From Comamonadaceae bacterium (GTDB taxonomy: Bacteria; Pseudomonadota; Gammaproteobacteria; Burkholderiales; Burkholderiaceae_C), in NCBI GenBank assembly GCA_027486755.1, contig JAIXOM010000063.1:2213-66212 (forward strand): DNA of 64,000 nt. The letters run 5' to 3'. Within the stretch, counting starts at the first letter, position 1; each line of letters begins with the position of its first letter. The position numbers and the translations under genes are program-made. This document shows positions 1 to 12,067 of this stretch, piece by piece. The notes below the pieces were generated by a model. That model saw only the letters and a program-made list of their open reading frames with translations. It did no database searches and was not told the DNA's origin.

Positions 1-1
1 G

Positions 2-973
2 CGCTTTGTGGAGCAGACCGGCATTGCGTTTTACACCACGCCGCAAGGCCGCGGCGTGATTGCCGAAGACCATCCCCTGAACTTCCCGCAGGGCCGCTCG
101 ACCGCCTTCAAGGAAGCCGACTTTGTGCTGGTGGTGGGCACGCGGCTGAACTTTGTTTTCTCGCACGGCAAGCCGCCCCGGTTTTCAGCGCAGGCCCGAT
201 TTGCGCGCATAGACGTGGACCCGACCGAGGTTCAAACCTGCCAGCGCACGGATCTGCCCCTGGTGGGCGACGCCCGCGCCGTGCTCGAGCAACTGATAAC
301 CGCGGCGCAAGGCCGCGTCCATGCCAGCCTGTATGCCCCCTGGCGCGAGCAGTTGCAGGCGATCGAGCTGGCCAAAGGGCCGGCGGCCGAGGCCAAGCTG
401 GCCACCGATGCGCAGCCGATTCACCCGCTGCGCTTGTGCAAAGAGGTGCGCGACTGGATTTCACGCGATGCGATTTTGTGCGTGGACGGGCAAGAGATCC
501 TCAACTTCGCCCGCCAGACCATCCCGAGCTTTCATGCCGGCCATCGCCTGAACTCCGGCCCCTTTGGCACCATGGGTGTGGGCCTGCCCTTCGGGGTCGG
601 CGCCAAGGCGGCGCGCCCCGACAAGCAGGTGGTGGTGCTGCACGGCGACGGCTCGTTTGGCCTCAATGCGATGGAGCTTGATACGGCGGTGCGTCACCGC
701 TTGCCGCTGTTGGTGATCATCAGTCTCAACGGGGGCTGGACCGCCGACCCCGACCGCATCAAGCCCGGCCGCGACCTGGGCTACACCCGTTTCGACCTGA
801 TGGCCCAGGCCCTGGGCTGCTACGGCGAGCAGGTCGAGCGGGCCGAGGACATTGGGCCGGCACTGGCCCGCGCGGCCCGCGCGGTGGAGAATGGTCAAGT
901 GGCGGTGGTCAACGTAGTGACCGACTGGCAGGCCCGCGCCAGCACAGCAGCGTTTACCAGTTTTTCCACCTGA
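2..973 (+). CDS. Thiamine-pyrophosphate-dependent enzyme (acetolactate synthase / oxalyl-CoA decarboxylase-like), C-terminal part; 5' end lies outside the window
   Basis: The frame is open from the window edge. The product carries the TPP-binding C-terminal signature GTMGVGLPFGVGAKAA...VLHGDGSFGLN...SLNGGW. Confidence 0.8.
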   Translation, partial: RFVEQTGIAFYTTPQGRGVIAEDHPLNFPQGRSTAFKEADFVLVVGTRLNFVFSHGKPPRFSAQARFARIDVDPTEVQTCQRTDLPLVGDARAVLEQLITAAQGRVHASLYAPWREQLQAIELAKGPAAEAKLATDAQPIHPLRLCKEVRDWISRDAILCVDGQEILNFARQTIPSFHAGHRLNSGPFGTMGVGLPFGVGAKAARPDKQVVVLHGDGSFGLNAMELDTAVRHRLPLLVIISLNGGWTADPDRIKPGRDLGYTRFDLMAQALGCYGEQVERAEDIGPALARAARAVENGQVAVVNVVTDWQARASTAAFTSFST

Positions 974-1022
974 AGACGATCTTTAGCCCACCTCAACCAT
1001 CCCGCCTCGATAGGAGAACACC

Positions 1023-1982
1023 ATGATGAAACGTCGATCCCTCATGCTCGCCTGCGCCGTGGCCTTATCGGCTCCGGTATTGGCGCAAAATTGGCCGACC
1101 GCGCCGGTTACCCTGCTCGTCGGCTTTGCGCCGGGGGGCAGTACCGACATCGCTGCGCGTGTGCTGGCCGAACAGCTGGGCAAAAAACTCGGGCAGAACG
1201 TGGTGGTGGTCAACCGCCCTGGCGCCTCCGGCGTGGTGGGCGCCAATGCGGTGGCCATCGCCAAGCCCGACGGCCAGACCTTCCTGTTCGGCTCGGGCTC
1301 GCTGGCCTCGGGCCCCAGCCTGAACAAGAGCCTGCCCTTCGACCCCGCGCAAGACTTCGTGCCCGTCACGCAGATCACCAGCATTGCCAGCATCCTGGCG
1401 GTGCACCCTTCGCTGCCGGTCAAGACCGTCAAGGACTTTGTGGACTACGCCAAAGCCAATCCAGGCAAGCTCAATTACGGCTCGGCGGGCGCCGGCTCGC
1501 TGCAGCATGTCTCAGGAGCCCTGTTTGAAAAATCCATAGGCGCGCGCATGGTGCACGTGCCCTACGCGGGTGGCGCTCCAGCCAACACCGACCTGGTGGC
1601 AGGACGGGTACAGGCGGTCTTCGGCCCCATCGTCGAGCTGGCCAGCTTTCACAAGGCCGGCTCGATCCGGGTGCTGGGCGTGACTTCGACCAAGCGCTCG
1701 TCGGCCATGCCCGATGTGCCGCCGATCGCAGAGACAGTGCCCGGCTATGACATTGGTACCTGGCACGGGCTGTTCGCGCCCAAGGCCACGCCCGCGCCCA
1801 TCGTTGAGGCGATGAGCAAGGCCATGGCCGCAGCCTTGGCTGAGCCGTCGGTGCGCAGCCGCCTGCTCGACCTGGGGCTAGATCCGGTTGGCTCTAGCCC
1901 GCAAGAATTCAGCGCCTTCTTCCAAAGCGAGATCCGGCGCTGGCGCGAGTTGGTGCAAATTTCTGGCGCCACTCCCAACTGA
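1023..1982 (+). CDS. Bug-family (TctC-like) tripartite tricarboxylate transporter substrate-binding protein
   Basis: It has an N-terminal signal peptide (MMKRRSLMLACAVALSAPVLA). It also has the family-typical stretches LVGFAPGGSTDIAAR and NYGSAGAGSLQHV, and the length is about 320 aa. Confidence 0.85.
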   Translation: MMKRRSLMLACAVALSAPVLAQNWPTAPVTLLVGFAPGGSTDIAARVLAEQLGKKLGQNVVVVNRPGASGVVGANAVAIAKPDGQTFLFGSGSLASGPSLNKSLPFDPAQDFVPVTQITSIASILAVHPSLPVKTVKDFVDYAKANPGKLNYGSAGAGSLQHVSGALFEKSIGARMVHVPYAGGAPANTDLVAGRVQAVFGPIVELASFHKAGSIRVLGVTSTKRSSAMPDVPPIAETVPGYDIGTWHGLFAPKATPAPIVEAMSKAMAAALAEPSVRSRLLDLGLDPVGSSPQEFSAFFQSEIRRWRELVQISGATPN

Positions 1983-2111
1983 AGGCCATAGCCCTCCCCC
2001 CCACGCAGGCTGCGGTGGGGGCCAGCACCGGCCTAGCCTGTTGCGGGCAAAACCTTGGCCTTGCGCTACCGTTACCATGGGCCCCTGAGTTCACCGCTGC
2101 CGCGACTGCCC

Positions 2112-2855
2112 ATGCGCCACACGCCCCACCCTGTTCCCTGGCTGCTCGACGATGAGCCCTTCCCGCCTTTGGAGCAGGCCTGGGGGCCGAGGGCCCCAGC
2201 CCCAGGGCTGCTGGCTGCCGGTGCCTCGCTCACGCCTGAACGCCTGGTTGACGCCTACCGACGCGGCATTTTTCCCTGGTTCAGCCCGGGCCAGCCGGTG
2301 CTGTGGTGGAGCCCAGACCCGCGCATGCTGCTGCGCACCGAGCAGTTCAAGCTGCACCCTTCCCTGCGCAAGACGCTGCGTCAGTTCGCGCGAGCACCGA
2401 ATTGCGAGCTGCGCATAGACCACGACTTCGCCCAGGTGATCCGGCACTGCGCCGGCACGCCACGCGCTGGCCAGGGCGGCACCTGGATCGTGCCGGAGAT
2501 GATCGAGGCCTACCAGCGCCTGCATGCGCTCGGACTGGCTCACAGCATCGAAACTTGGTGGGACGGGCAGTTGGTGGGCGGTCTGTACTGCGTGTCTATC
2601 GGGAAGATGGTCTACGGTGAATCGATGTTTGCTCACCGCCGGGACGCCTCCAAAATCGCACTGAGCGGCCTGGTTGCGCTGTGCCGCAGCCAGGGGCTGG
2701 ACGCTATAGACTGCCAGCAAAACACCGCTCACCTGGCCTCGCTGGGGGCGGCCGAAATCGCCCGCTCGGCTTTTGTGGCGCTGGTGTCTGAGCGCGTCGA
2801 CCGCCCAGCGGCGCAATGGCAATTCGACCCTTTATACTGGAACGAGATCCTGTGA
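2112..2855 (+). CDS. aat: Leucyl/phenylalanyl-tRNA--protein transferase
   Basis: Motifs [27 protein letters not shown] and GESMF are typical of Aat. I moved the start to the internal ATG at 2112 (MRHTPHP...), and this start is uncertain. Confidence 0.85.
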   Translation: MRHTPHPVPWLLDDEPFPPLEQAWGPRAPAPGLLAAGASLTPERLVDAYRRGIFPWFSPGQPVLWWSPDPRMLLRTEQFKLHPSLRKTLRQFARAPNCELRIDHDFAQVIRHCAGTPRAGQGGTWIVPEMIEAYQRLHALGLAHSIETWWDGQLVGGLYCVSIGKMVYGESMFAHRRDASKIALSGLVALCRSQGLDAIDCQQNTAHLASLGAAEIARSAFVALVSERVDRPAAQWQFDPLYWNEIL

Positions 2856-2865
2856 GGAACCGGCC

Positions 2866-3651
2866 TTGACGCATCTCAAAGAGCTGCCACTGCAGACCCT
2901 GCAGTTCTACGCCACCGCTCCCTACCCCTGCAGCTACCTGCCGGGACGGGTGGCCCGCTCGCAGGTCGCCACCCCCAGCCATCTCATCCACAACCAGGCC
3001 TATTCCGAGCTGGTTGCCAGGGGCTTTCGCCGCAGCGGTATGTTCACCTACCGGCCGCACTGCCACGACTGTCAGGCCTGCGTGCCCTTGCGGGTGCCGG
3101 TGGAACAGTTCAAGGCTGACCGCAGCCAGCGCCGCGCCTGGAAGCAGCACCAGGGACTCGAGTGGCGGGCGCTGCGGCTGTGTTTCATGCCCGAGCACTA
3201 CCAGCTGTATCTGCGCTACCAAAACAGTCGCCACGCCGGTGGCGGCATGGACAACGACAGCATCGACCAATACACCCAGTTCCTCTTGCAAAGCCGGGTC
3301 AATTCGCGGCTGGTGGAATTTCGCGAGCCTGCCACCGGCTCGCAGCCGGGCACGCTGCGCATGGTCGCCATCCTCGACGTGCTCGAAGACGGCATATCGG
3401 CGGTCTATACCTTCTACGACCCGGACGAAAAAGCCAGCTTCGGCAACTTCGGCATCCTCTGGCAGATCGAGCAGGCCCGGCGGCTGAAGCTGGCCTATGT
3501 TTACCTGGGCTACTGGATCGAGGCGAGCGACAAGATGAACTACAAGACCCGGTTTGCTCCCCACGAAAAACTGATAGGCGGCCGCTGGGTCGGCGACGCA
3601 GACCTCAGGGGAGATGCGCAGACCGCCAGCCAAGTGCAGCAGCCTGGCTGA
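2866..3651 (+). CDS. bpt: Arginyltransferase-family aspartate/glutamate leucyltransferase (Bpt)
   Basis: The product has [32 protein letters not shown] and YVYLGYWI motifs of the ATE/Bpt family. It sits directly after aat. The TTG at 2866 was chosen because the longer ORF overlaps the aat 3' end, so the start is uncertain. Confidence 0.85.
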   Translation: MTHLKELPLQTLQFYATAPYPCSYLPGRVARSQVATPSHLIHNQAYSELVARGFRRSGMFTYRPHCHDCQACVPLRVPVEQFKADRSQRRAWKQHQGLEWRALRLCFMPEHYQLYLRYQNSRHAGGGMDNDSIDQYTQFLLQSRVNSRLVEFREPATGSQPGTLRMVAILDVLEDGISAVYTFYDPDEKASFGNFGILWQIEQARRLKLAYVYLGYWIEASDKMNYKTRFAPHEKLIGGRWVGDADLRGDAQTASQVQQPG

Positions 3652-3671
3652 ACGCAAAGGTCGGCCCCGAG

Positions 3672-3704
3672 CTGGCCCTGAACTGGCCCTGAACTGGCCC
3701 TGAG
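3672..3704. repeat. Three tandem copies of an 11-bp unit (ctggccctgaa, last copy ending in g)
   Basis: Read directly in the bpt-iclR intergenic region: ctggccctgaa ctggccctgaa ctggccctgag. Confidence 0.9.
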
Positions 3705-3716
3705 CCGGAGATGCCT

Positions 3717-3737
3717 CAGGATGAATTTTTCATCCTG
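3717..3737. promoter_or_regulatory. Perfect 9-bp inverted repeat with 3-nt spacer (caggatgaa ttt ttcatcctg); candidate operator or bpt terminator stem
   Basis: Seen directly. It ends about 20 nt upstream of the IclR-family regulator start at 3759. IclR regulators commonly bind palindromes near their own promoters. The functional assignment is inference. Confidence 0.35.
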
Positions 3738-3758
3738 TAAAATGAGATCTCCAAACCC

Positions 3759-4553
3759 ATGAAAAAAAGCGACGACAACCCGCTGCCGGCCGAGCCTACT
3801 GTGCAAGTGCTCGGGCGCATGTTCAGCCTGCTGGAAATCCTGGCCAGCCGTGAGGAGCCGGTGTCGCTCAAGGAGATCAGCGAGAAGTCCGGTCTGCACC
3901 CTTCTACCGCGCATCGCATCCTCAATGACCTGGCCTGCGGGCGCTTCGTCGACCGGCCCCAGGCGGGCAGTTATCGGCTGGGCATGCGGCTGCTGGAATT
4001 GGGCAATTTGGTCAAGGCCCGCTTGAGCGTGCGCGATGCGGCCTTGATACCCATGCGTGAGCTGCACAAGTTGATTCAGCAGCCCGTCAACCTCAGCGTG
4101 CGGCAGGGCGACGAAATCATCTACATCGAGCGCGCCTACAGCGAGCGCTCGGGCATGCAGGTGGTGCGCGCCATTGGCGGCCGCGCCCCCTTGCACCTGA
4201 CCTCCACCGGAAAATTATTCCTGGCGGCCGACGATCCGGTGCGGGTACGGGCTTATGCCACCCGCACCGGTCTGCCCGGCCATACCCATAACAGCCTGAC
4301 CCAGCTGCCTACCCTTGAACGCGAATTGTCCAAAGCGCGTCAATACGGGGTGGCGCGAGATAACGAAGAACTTGAAATGGGTGTGCGCTGCATGGCCGCC
4401 GGCATTTACGACGATCAAAACCGCTTGGTGGCCGGCCTGTCAATCTCGGCACCTGCAGACCGGCTCGACGATGCCTGGCTGCCCAGGCTGCAACTGACAG
4501 CCCGCGAGATTTCAGCGGCACTGGGCCATAGCTCGTCGCAGGCGGGGCGCTAA
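3759..4553 (+). CDS. IclR-family transcriptional regulator
   Basis: The N-terminus has a winged HTH (VQVLGRMFSLLEILASREEPVSLKEISEKSGLHPSTAHRILNDL). The C-terminus has an IclR effector domain (GVRCMAAGIYD...AGLSISAPADRL). Confidence 0.85.
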   Translation: MKKSDDNPLPAEPTVQVLGRMFSLLEILASREEPVSLKEISEKSGLHPSTAHRILNDLACGRFVDRPQAGSYRLGMRLLELGNLVKARLSVRDAALIPMRELHKLIQQPVNLSVRQGDEIIYIERAYSERSGMQVVRAIGGRAPLHLTSTGKLFLAADDPVRVRAYATRTGLPGHTHNSLTQLPTLERELSKARQYGVARDNEELEMGVRCMAAGIYDDQNRLVAGLSISAPADRLDDAWLPRLQLTAREISAALGHSSSQAGR

Positions 4554-4556
4554 ACC

Positions 4557-5627
4557 TCAGCCCTTAGAAGGCAAGGCGCCCGCTTGACCAGAATGTGAGA
4601 CAGGGCTTTTTTCTACCCAACGCTTGACGCGCTCAGCATCGGCAATGCGGCTAAATTTACCCGCCGAATCCAGAAACACCATGATGACTTTGCGCCCTGC
4701 CACCTTGGCCTGCATCACCAGACATTGGCCGGCCTCAGAGATGTAGCCGGTCTTTTGCAGGCCAATGTCCCACTGAGGGCTGCTGACGAGGCGGTTGGTA
4801 TTGTTGAACTGCAGAGTCTGTCGCCCAAGCACCACCTGGTGACCCAATGAAGTCGACAGCTCGCGCAGGAGCGGGTCGGCCGAAGCCGCACTGACCAGCA
4901 AAGCCAGATCCTGAGCGCTGGCCTGATTGCGGCTGGATAGGCCCGTAGGCTCGACGAAGCGGGTGTCCTTCATGCCCAGCATCTGGGCCTTGGCATTCAT
5001 GACCCCCACGAAAGCAGGCAGGCCGCCAGGGAAGGTTCGGCCCAGGGCATGGGCTGCACGGTTTTCGCTGGACATCAAAGCCAGGTGCAGCAGTTCGCCC
5101 CGGCTCAGTGTGGTGCCTACCCGCAGTCGCGAGGTGCTGCCTTTTTCGGTATCCACATCGTCCTGGGTAATGGTGATCGGCTCGTCCAGGGACAGCTTGG
5201 CTTCGCTGACCACCATGCCCGTCATCAGCTTGGTCAGCGAGGCAATCGGCAACACCGCCAGGTCGTTCTTGCTAAAGAGCACCTCCCGGGTGTCCTGGTC
5301 GATCACCAGCGCCACGCTGGAGCGCAGGGCCAGAGGGTCACTGACCGCATGCAGGCCCGCCATCTGGCCGAATGATGGCCGCACCGGCTGGCTTGAGGGC
5401 TGCAATCTGGAGGCTTTGACACCGGAAGAGCGCACCACCGCCGCCTTGGCCGGGCTGCCCCCCGGCTTGAGCGCCTTGCGCTTTTTCTGATCCTTGCCCT
5501 TCTTGGCTTGGGCTGACGGCTTGTCCAATTTTTGCGCCAGCACCGGCGTCGCCGCCAGCGACAGGGCCAGGAGACAAGTCACACCAAGCCACCGTGGCAG
5601 CAGGCCAAAACTGAGGGATGCAGTCAT
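4557..5627 (-). CDS. D-alanyl-D-alanine endopeptidase/carboxypeptidase (PBP7/PbpG-like class C low-MW PBP)
   Basis: The product has a signal peptide and the three serine-PBP boxes SLTK, SEN and KTG in the correct order. A Lys-rich low-complexity linker follows the signal peptide. Confidence 0.8.
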   Translation of the reverse strand: MTASLSFGLLPRWLGVTCLLALSLAATPVLAQKLDKPSAQAKKGKDQKKRKALKPGGSPAKAAVVRSSGVKASRLQPSSQPVRPSFGQMAGLHAVSDPLALRSSVALVIDQDTREVLFSKNDLAVLPIASLTKLMTGMVVSEAKLSLDEPITITQDDVDTEKGSTSRLRVGTTLSRGELLHLALMSSENRAAHALGRTFPGGLPAFVGVMNAKAQMLGMKDTRFVEPTGLSSRNQASAQDLALLVSAASADPLLRELSTSLGHQVVLGRQTLQFNNTNRLVSSPQWDIGLQKTGYISEAGQCLVMQAKVAGRKVIMVFLDSAGKFSRIADAERVKRWVEKSPVSHSGQAGALPSKG

Positions 5628-5771
5628 AAAGCGACGCGCTTTCGGCTGTAAAACTAGATCTGATGAGTTTACCCAATGTAAAAAAGTTATGCAATATCAA
5701 AAACTTGCGTCATGTTTCTAAAGCGCGACATGGCTCGCGGCCCCCGCTAAGACCCAGGCCCGGCACAAACG

Positions 5772-5799
5772 AAAACAGGGGCCTCAAGCCCCTGTTTTT
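5772..5799 (-). terminator. Rho-independent terminator-like hairpin downstream of leuA (symmetric, could act in both directions)
   Basis: aaaacagggg cctcaag cccctgtttt forms a 10-bp stem flanked by A and T runs, about 30 nt after the leuA stop. Confidence 0.6.
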
Positions 5800-5829
5800 A
5801 AACCCGATCGCGGCCCAAGCCGCAGTCAC

Positions 5830-7368
5830 TCAGCCCTGGGCCGCCACCCGCTCAGCCTTGCTCTGGAGCTTGTTGAGCGCACTCAGGTAGGCCTTGGCCG
5901 ATGCCACCACGATGTCGGGGTCAGAACCGACCCCGTTGACCACGCGGCCGCTGTTTTGCAGGCGCACCGTCACCTCGCCCTGGCTCTCAGTCGATCCGCT
6001 GATAGCGTTGACCGAATAGAGCACCATTTCGGCGCCACTTTGAACCTGCGCTTCAATGGCTTTGAGCGAAGCGTCTACCGGCCCGTTACCGTGGGCTTGG
6101 CTGCGCACCTCTTTACCGGCGACGGTAAAAACGATGGCCGCCTGCGGCGTCTCACCGGTCTCGCTGCGCTGCGACAGCGAAACGAAGCCGTACTGCTCCT
6201 TGTCGCCGGCCACGCTCTCCTGGCTGACCAGGGCCAGGATGTCTTCATCAAAAATCTCACTCTTGCGGTCGGCCAGCTCCTTGAAGCGGGCGAAGGCGCT
6301 GTTGACTTCGGTTTCACTGTCCAGCGCCACCCCCAGGTCTTGCAAGCGCTGCTTGAAGGCATTGCGGCCGCTGAGCTTGCCCAAGACGATTTTATTGGCA
6401 CTCCAGCCGACATCTTCAGCGCGCATGATCTCGTAGGTGTCGCGCGCCTTGAGCACGCCGTCCTGGTGAATACCGGACGCGTGGGCAAATGCGTTGGCTC
6501 CGACCACCGCCTTGTTGGGCTGGACCACAAAGCCGGTGGTCTGGCTGACCATGCGGCTGGCTGCAACAATTTGCCGGGCATCTATGCCCACCTCAAGCCC
6601 GAAATAGTCGCGGCGCGTCTTGACCGCCATCACGATTTCTTCCAGCGAGCAGTTGCCTGCGCGCTCACCCAAGCCGTTGATGGTGCACTCCACCTGACGG
6701 GCTCCGCCGATCTTGACCCCGGCCAGGGAATTGGCCACCGCCATGCCCAGATCATTGTGGCAATGTACCGACCAGATTGCCTTGTCAGAATTGGGGACCC
6801 GCTCGCGCAGGCTGCGAATGAACTCGCCATACAGCTCTGGCACCGCGTAGCCTACGGTGTCGGGCACATTGATGGTGGTGGCGCCTTCCTTGATCACCGC
6901 TTCAATGACACGGCACAGAAAGTCGGGCTCGCTGCGGTAGCCGTCTTCAGCGCTGAACTCAATGTCATCGATCAAATTGCGCGCAAAACGTACCGACAGC
7001 TTGGACTGCTCAAACACCTCATCGGGCGTCATGCGCAGCTTCTTTTCCATGTGCAGCGGCGAGGTGGCAATAAAGGTGTGAATGCGCGCCCGGTTGGCGC
7101 CTTGCAGCGCCTCGGCTGCGCGGGAGATGTCCCGGTCATTGGCGCGCGAGAGTGAGCACACGGTGGAGTCCTTGATCGCCTGGGCAATGGACTGCACCGC
7201 CTCAAAGTCGCCATTGGAACTGGCCGCAAAACCAGCCTCGATCACATCGACCTTCAGTCGCTCGAGCTGACGCGCGATGCGCAGCTTCTCGTCGCGCGTC
7301 ATGGATGCGCCAGGCGACTGCTCGCCATCGCGCAAGGTGGTGTCAAAAATAATCAGTTTGTCGGTCAT
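5830..7368 (-). CDS. leuA: 2-isopropylmalate synthase
   Basis: The product starts [23 protein letters not shown]. It contains the [16 protein letters not shown] motif and a C-terminal LeuA dimerisation/regulatory domain, and is 512 aa long. Confidence 0.95.
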   Translation of the reverse strand: MTDKLIIFDTTLRDGEQSPGASMTRDEKLRIARQLERLKVDVIEAGFAASSNGDFEAVQSIAQAIKDSTVCSLSRANDRDISRAAEALQGANRARIHTFIATSPLHMEKKLRMTPDEVFEQSKLSVRFARNLIDDIEFSAEDGYRSEPDFLCRVIEAVIKEGATTINVPDTVGYAVPELYGEFIRSLRERVPNSDKAIWSVHCHNDLGMAVANSLAGVKIGGARQVECTINGLGERAGNCSLEEIVMAVKTRRDYFGLEVGIDARQIVAASRMVSQTTGFVVQPNKAVVGANAFAHASGIHQDGVLKARDTYEIMRAEDVGWSANKIVLGKLSGRNAFKQRLQDLGVALDSETEVNSAFARFKELADRKSEIFDEDILALVSQESVAGDKEQYGFVSLSQRSETGETPQAAIVFTVAGKEVRSQAHGNGPVDASLKAIEAQVQSGAEMVLYSVNAISGSTESQGEVTVRLQNSGRVVNGVGSDPDIVVASAKAYLSALNKLQSKAERVAAQG

Positions 7369-7438
7369 GGCTGAAAGTTCCTGCTAGGCTGAAAAATCGA
7401 TCCGCTGCTTCAGCGATCAGGGCAATGCACAAAGACAA

Positions 7439-7469
7439 ACGGCCCGGATGCTGAGGGCAAACGGGCCGT
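7439..7469 (-). terminator. Hairpin between pssA and leuA (pssA terminator or leuA leader structure)
   Basis: acggcccg pairs with cgggccgt across a 15-nt loop. On the minus strand it is followed by TTGTCTTTGTG. The T tract is weak, so the call is tentative. Confidence 0.35.
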
Positions 7470-7615
7470 TGACTTAGAACACGCGTGTGCGCTAGCGTCT
7501 CCGCCCGTAGGGAGATAGCGATAGCGTCAGTAGCTTGCTCATGGCTTGCAGTCTAGCACAGCGAAAAAACCGGCCGACAAGGTCGCGCGCCCACAGCCGG
7601 TGTGCGCCGAGCGGC

Positions 7616-8428
7616 TCATTTGTGCAGATCGCGCTCGTCCGGCTCCTCGGTCGAGGTGGAGATCACGCTGGCCTGCAGGCCTTTGGACCGGCGCCACGCA
7701 TAGAGCGCATAGCCTGAGGTGCCATAGAGCACAAACAGTCCGAAGATCACGGTGGGCGGGTCGATGTTGATGACTGCAATGCCCAGAGCAATCGAGACGA
7801 TCACAGCAAAGGGCACGCTGCGCTTGAGGCTGACATCCTTGAAGCTGTAGAAGGGCACGTTGGTGACCATGGTCAGGCCGGCATAGAGCGTCAGGCCGAA
7901 CATCAGCCAGCTGACCTCTGCGCCCTTGACGCCCGCCTCGGTCATCAGCCAGATAAAGCCTATGACCAATGCCGCCGCTGCTGGCGATGGCAAACCCTGG
8001 AAAAAACGCTTGTCCACTACCGAGGTGTTGACGTTAAAGCGCGCCAGGCGCAGCGCGGCGCAGGCACAGTAGACGAAGGCGGCAATCCAGCCCCAACGCC
8101 CCAGCCCGGTGAGTGCCCACACATAGGCAATCAGCGCAGGTGCAGCACCGAAAGACACCATGTCAGCCAGCGAATCCATCTGTTCGCCAAAAGCGCTTTG
8201 GGTGTTGGTCATGCGGGCCACGCGCCCATCCAGGCTGTCAAGCACCATGGCACAAAACACGCCGATGGCCGCCTGCTCAAAACGGCCGTTCATGGCCATC
8301 ACGATGGAGTAAAAGCCACCGAATAAGGCCGCCAGCGTGAAGAGGTTGGGCAGGACATAAATGCCCTTGCGCGGCTTCCTCGGCTCGCTCGCTTCCAGTT
8401 TGGTATTGGGTTCAGAGCCGTCTGTCAT
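7616..8428 (-). CDS. pssA: CDP-diacylglycerol--serine O-phosphatidyltransferase
   Basis: It carries the CDP-alcohol phosphatidyltransferase motif DSLDGRVARMTNTQSAFGEQMDSLADMVSFG and is multi-pass hydrophobic. I moved the start to MTDGSEPN. Confidence 0.85.
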   Translation of the reverse strand: MTDGSEPNTKLEASEPRKPRKGIYVLPNLFTLAALFGGFYSIVMAMNGRFEQAAIGVFCAMVLDSLDGRVARMTNTQSAFGEQMDSLADMVSFGAAPALIAYVWALTGLGRWGWIAAFVYCACAALRLARFNVNTSVVDKRFFQGLPSPAAAALVIGFIWLMTEAGVKGAEVSWLMFGLTLYAGLTMVTNVPFYSFKDVSLKRSVPFAVIVSIALGIAVINIDPPTVIFGLFVLYGTSGYALYAWRRSKGLQASVISTSTEEPDERDLHK

Positions 8429-8450
8429 GACACAAGTGTAAGGCTTGCAC

Positions 8451-8487
8451 AAAAAACAAGGCCGCTCCGGGTGGGGGCGGCCTTGTC
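8451..8487 (-). terminator. Rho-independent terminator after ilvC
   Basis: On the minus strand the sequence reads acaaggccgc-ccccacccgga-gcggccttgt followed by TTTTTTG. It lies about 40 nt after the ilvC stop. Confidence 0.6.
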
Positions 8488-8526
8488 GAGAGGAACAGGC
8501 AGCCTGCTTGGGCTGCGCCAACCTCG

Positions 8527-10160
<1,634 letters not shown>

Positions 10161-10297
10161 ATCAGCTTCCTCATTTGCCCTGCCCTCCCCCGCGCACGGT
10201 AATGCGCAGACTTGGCAGGCCATAGATTCGTCAATCAAATAGGCCAGGGCTGCTTTCAGCCTAGCCAGGCTTCAGATGCAGCGACAGGCTCCGCGGC

Positions 10298-12067
10298 TTA
10301 GAGGTCTTCGCTGCCCAGCAGCATTTCGGTGATGCCCTTGCCGGCCTGCACCATCGGGAAGACGTTTTCCGTCGGGTCGGTGCGAAAGTCCATGAACACG
10401 GTGCGGTCCTTGAGCTTGCGCGCCTCCCGCAGGGCCGGCTCCACATCTTGAGGACGCTCGATCAGCATCCCGACATGGCCGTAGGCTTCTGCGAGTTTGA
10501 CGAAATTGGGCAGGGCATCCATGTAGCTATGGCTGTAGCGGCCGGAATACTCGATCTCCTGCCACTGGCGCACCATGCCCAGGTAGCGGTTATTGAGCGA
10601 GATCACCTTGATCGGCGTGTTGTACTGCAGGCAGGTGGAGAGCTCCTGTATGCACATTTGCACCGAGCCTTCGCCCGTGACGCAGTAGACCTCGCTGTCT
10701 GGCTTGGCCAGCTTGATGCCCATGGCATAAGGAATACCCACGCCCATGGTGCCAAGGCCGCCAGAGTTGATCCAGCGGCGCGGCTGGTCAAACTTATAGA
10801 ACTGGGCAGCCCACATCTGATGCTGACCGACGTCGGAGGTCACATAGGCGTCGACATCATGGGTCATGTTCCAGAGGGTCTCGATCACCATCTGCGGCTT
10901 GATCACATCCTTGTTGCCGCGGTCGTACTTGAGGCAGTCGCGGCCGCGCCAGCCTTCGATGGTCTGCCACCACTGCTGCAGCGCCTGCGCATCGGGCTTG
11001 AGGCCAGACTCGCGGATCATGGTGAGCAGCTCAGTGAGCACGTCCTTGACGTCACCGACGATGGGCACGTCGACCTTGACGCGCTTGGAAATGCTCGAGG
11101 GATCAATGTCGATATGGATGATCTTGCGCTCGTTCTGCGCAAAATGCTTGGGATTGCCGATCACCCGGTCGTCAAAACGCGCGCCGATGGCTATCAGCAC
11201 ATCGCAGTTCTGCATCGCGTTATTGGCCTCGATGGTCCCGTGCATGCCCAGCATGCCCAAGAACTTGGGGTCGGTCGCAGGGTATGCACCCAAGCCCATC
11301 AGCGTGTTGGTGCAGGGGTAGCCCAGCATATCCACCAGCGTGCGCAGCTCTTGCGAAGCGTTGGACAAAAGCACACCGCCGCCGCTATAGATGTAAGGGC
11401 GCTTGGCCCCCATGAGCAGTTGCAAGGCCTTGCGGATCTGACCACCGTGGCCCTTGCGCACCGGGTTGTAGCTGCGCATATCGACCGTCTCGGGATATTC
11501 GTAGACACACTTCTTGAGGGAGACGTCCTTGGGAACGTCGACCACCACAGGGCCGGGCCGGCCTGAGCGGGCGATGTGGAAGGCCTTTTTCATGACCCCG
11601 GCCAGTTCGCGCACATCCTTGACCAGGAAGTTGTGCTTGACGATGGGCCGGGTGATGCCCACCGTGTCACACTCCTGAAAGGCGTCAAGGCCGATGGCAG
11701 CGGTCGGCACCTGCCCGGTGATGATCACCATGGGGATGCTGTCCATGTAAGCAGTGGCAATTCCGGTGACCGCGTTGGTCACGCCAGGGCCGGATGTCAC
11801 AAGCGCTACGCCCACCTCGCCAGTGGCGCGCGCATAGCCGTCGGCTGCATGGACCGCCGCCTGCTCGTGGCGTACCAGCACGTGCTGCATCTTGTCCTGC
11901 TTGTACAGGGCGTCATAGATGTAAAGGACGGCGCCACCGGGATAGCCCCAGATGAACTCGACCTTTTCCTCAATGAGCGAGCGCACGAGGATTTCGGCGC
12001 CCATGATTTCGGTGTCTTTGGGGGTGGCAGCAGCGGCGCTGGCCAGTTCCGCCTTGGAGATTTCCAT
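10298..12067 (-). CDS. ilvI: Acetolactate synthase large (catalytic) subunit
   Basis: All three TPP-enzyme domains are present, with the signatures GYPGGAVLYIYDAL and GGLGTMGVGIPYAMG...GEGSVQM. The product is 589 aa. Confidence 0.95.
   Translation of the reverse strand: MEISKAELASAAAATPKDTEIMGAEILVRSLIEEKVEFIWGYPGGAVLYIYDALYKQDKMQHVLVRHEQAAVHAADGYARATGEVGVALVTSGPGVTNAVTGIATAYMDSIPMVIITGQVPTAAIGLDAFQECDTVGITRPIVKHNFLVKDVRELAGVMKKAFHIARSGRPGPVVVDVPKDVSLKKCVYEYPETVDMRSYNPVRKGHGGQIRKALQLLMGAKRPYIYSGGGVLLSNASQELRTLVDMLGYPCTNTLMGLGAYPATDPKFLGMLGMHGTIEANNAMQNCDVLIAIGARFDDRVIGNPKHFAQNERKIIHIDIDPSSISKRVKVDVPIVGDVKDVLTELLTMIRESGLKPDAQALQQWWQTIEGWRGRDCLKYDRGNKDVIKPQMVIETLWNMTHDVDAYVTSDVGQHQMWAAQFYKFDQPRRWINSGGLGTMGVGIPYAMGIKLAKPDSEVYCVTGEGSVQMCIQELSTCLQYNTPIKVISLNNRYLGMVRQWQEIEYSGRYSHSYMDALPNFVKLAEAYGHVGMLIERPQDVEPALREARKLKDRTVFMDFRTDPTENVFPMVQAGKGITEMLLGSEDL

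Noticed and set aside
1994-2022. The hairpin cccccac...gtggggg after the Bug-family gene, considered as a terminator.
   Set aside because: There is no T tract after the stem, and the next gene starts about 90 nt downstream in the same orientation. The evidence is insufficient.
3672-3704. The tandem 11-bp repeats, considered as a possible mini-CRISPR or other array.
   Set aside because: The repeats are directly adjacent with no spacers. There are only three copies and no cas genes. It is a simple tandem repeat.
7369-7615. A possible leucine leader-peptide attenuator upstream of leuA.
   Set aside because: I found no short ORF with consecutive Leu codons. Only one hairpin is present, and it is listed as a low-confidence terminator feature.
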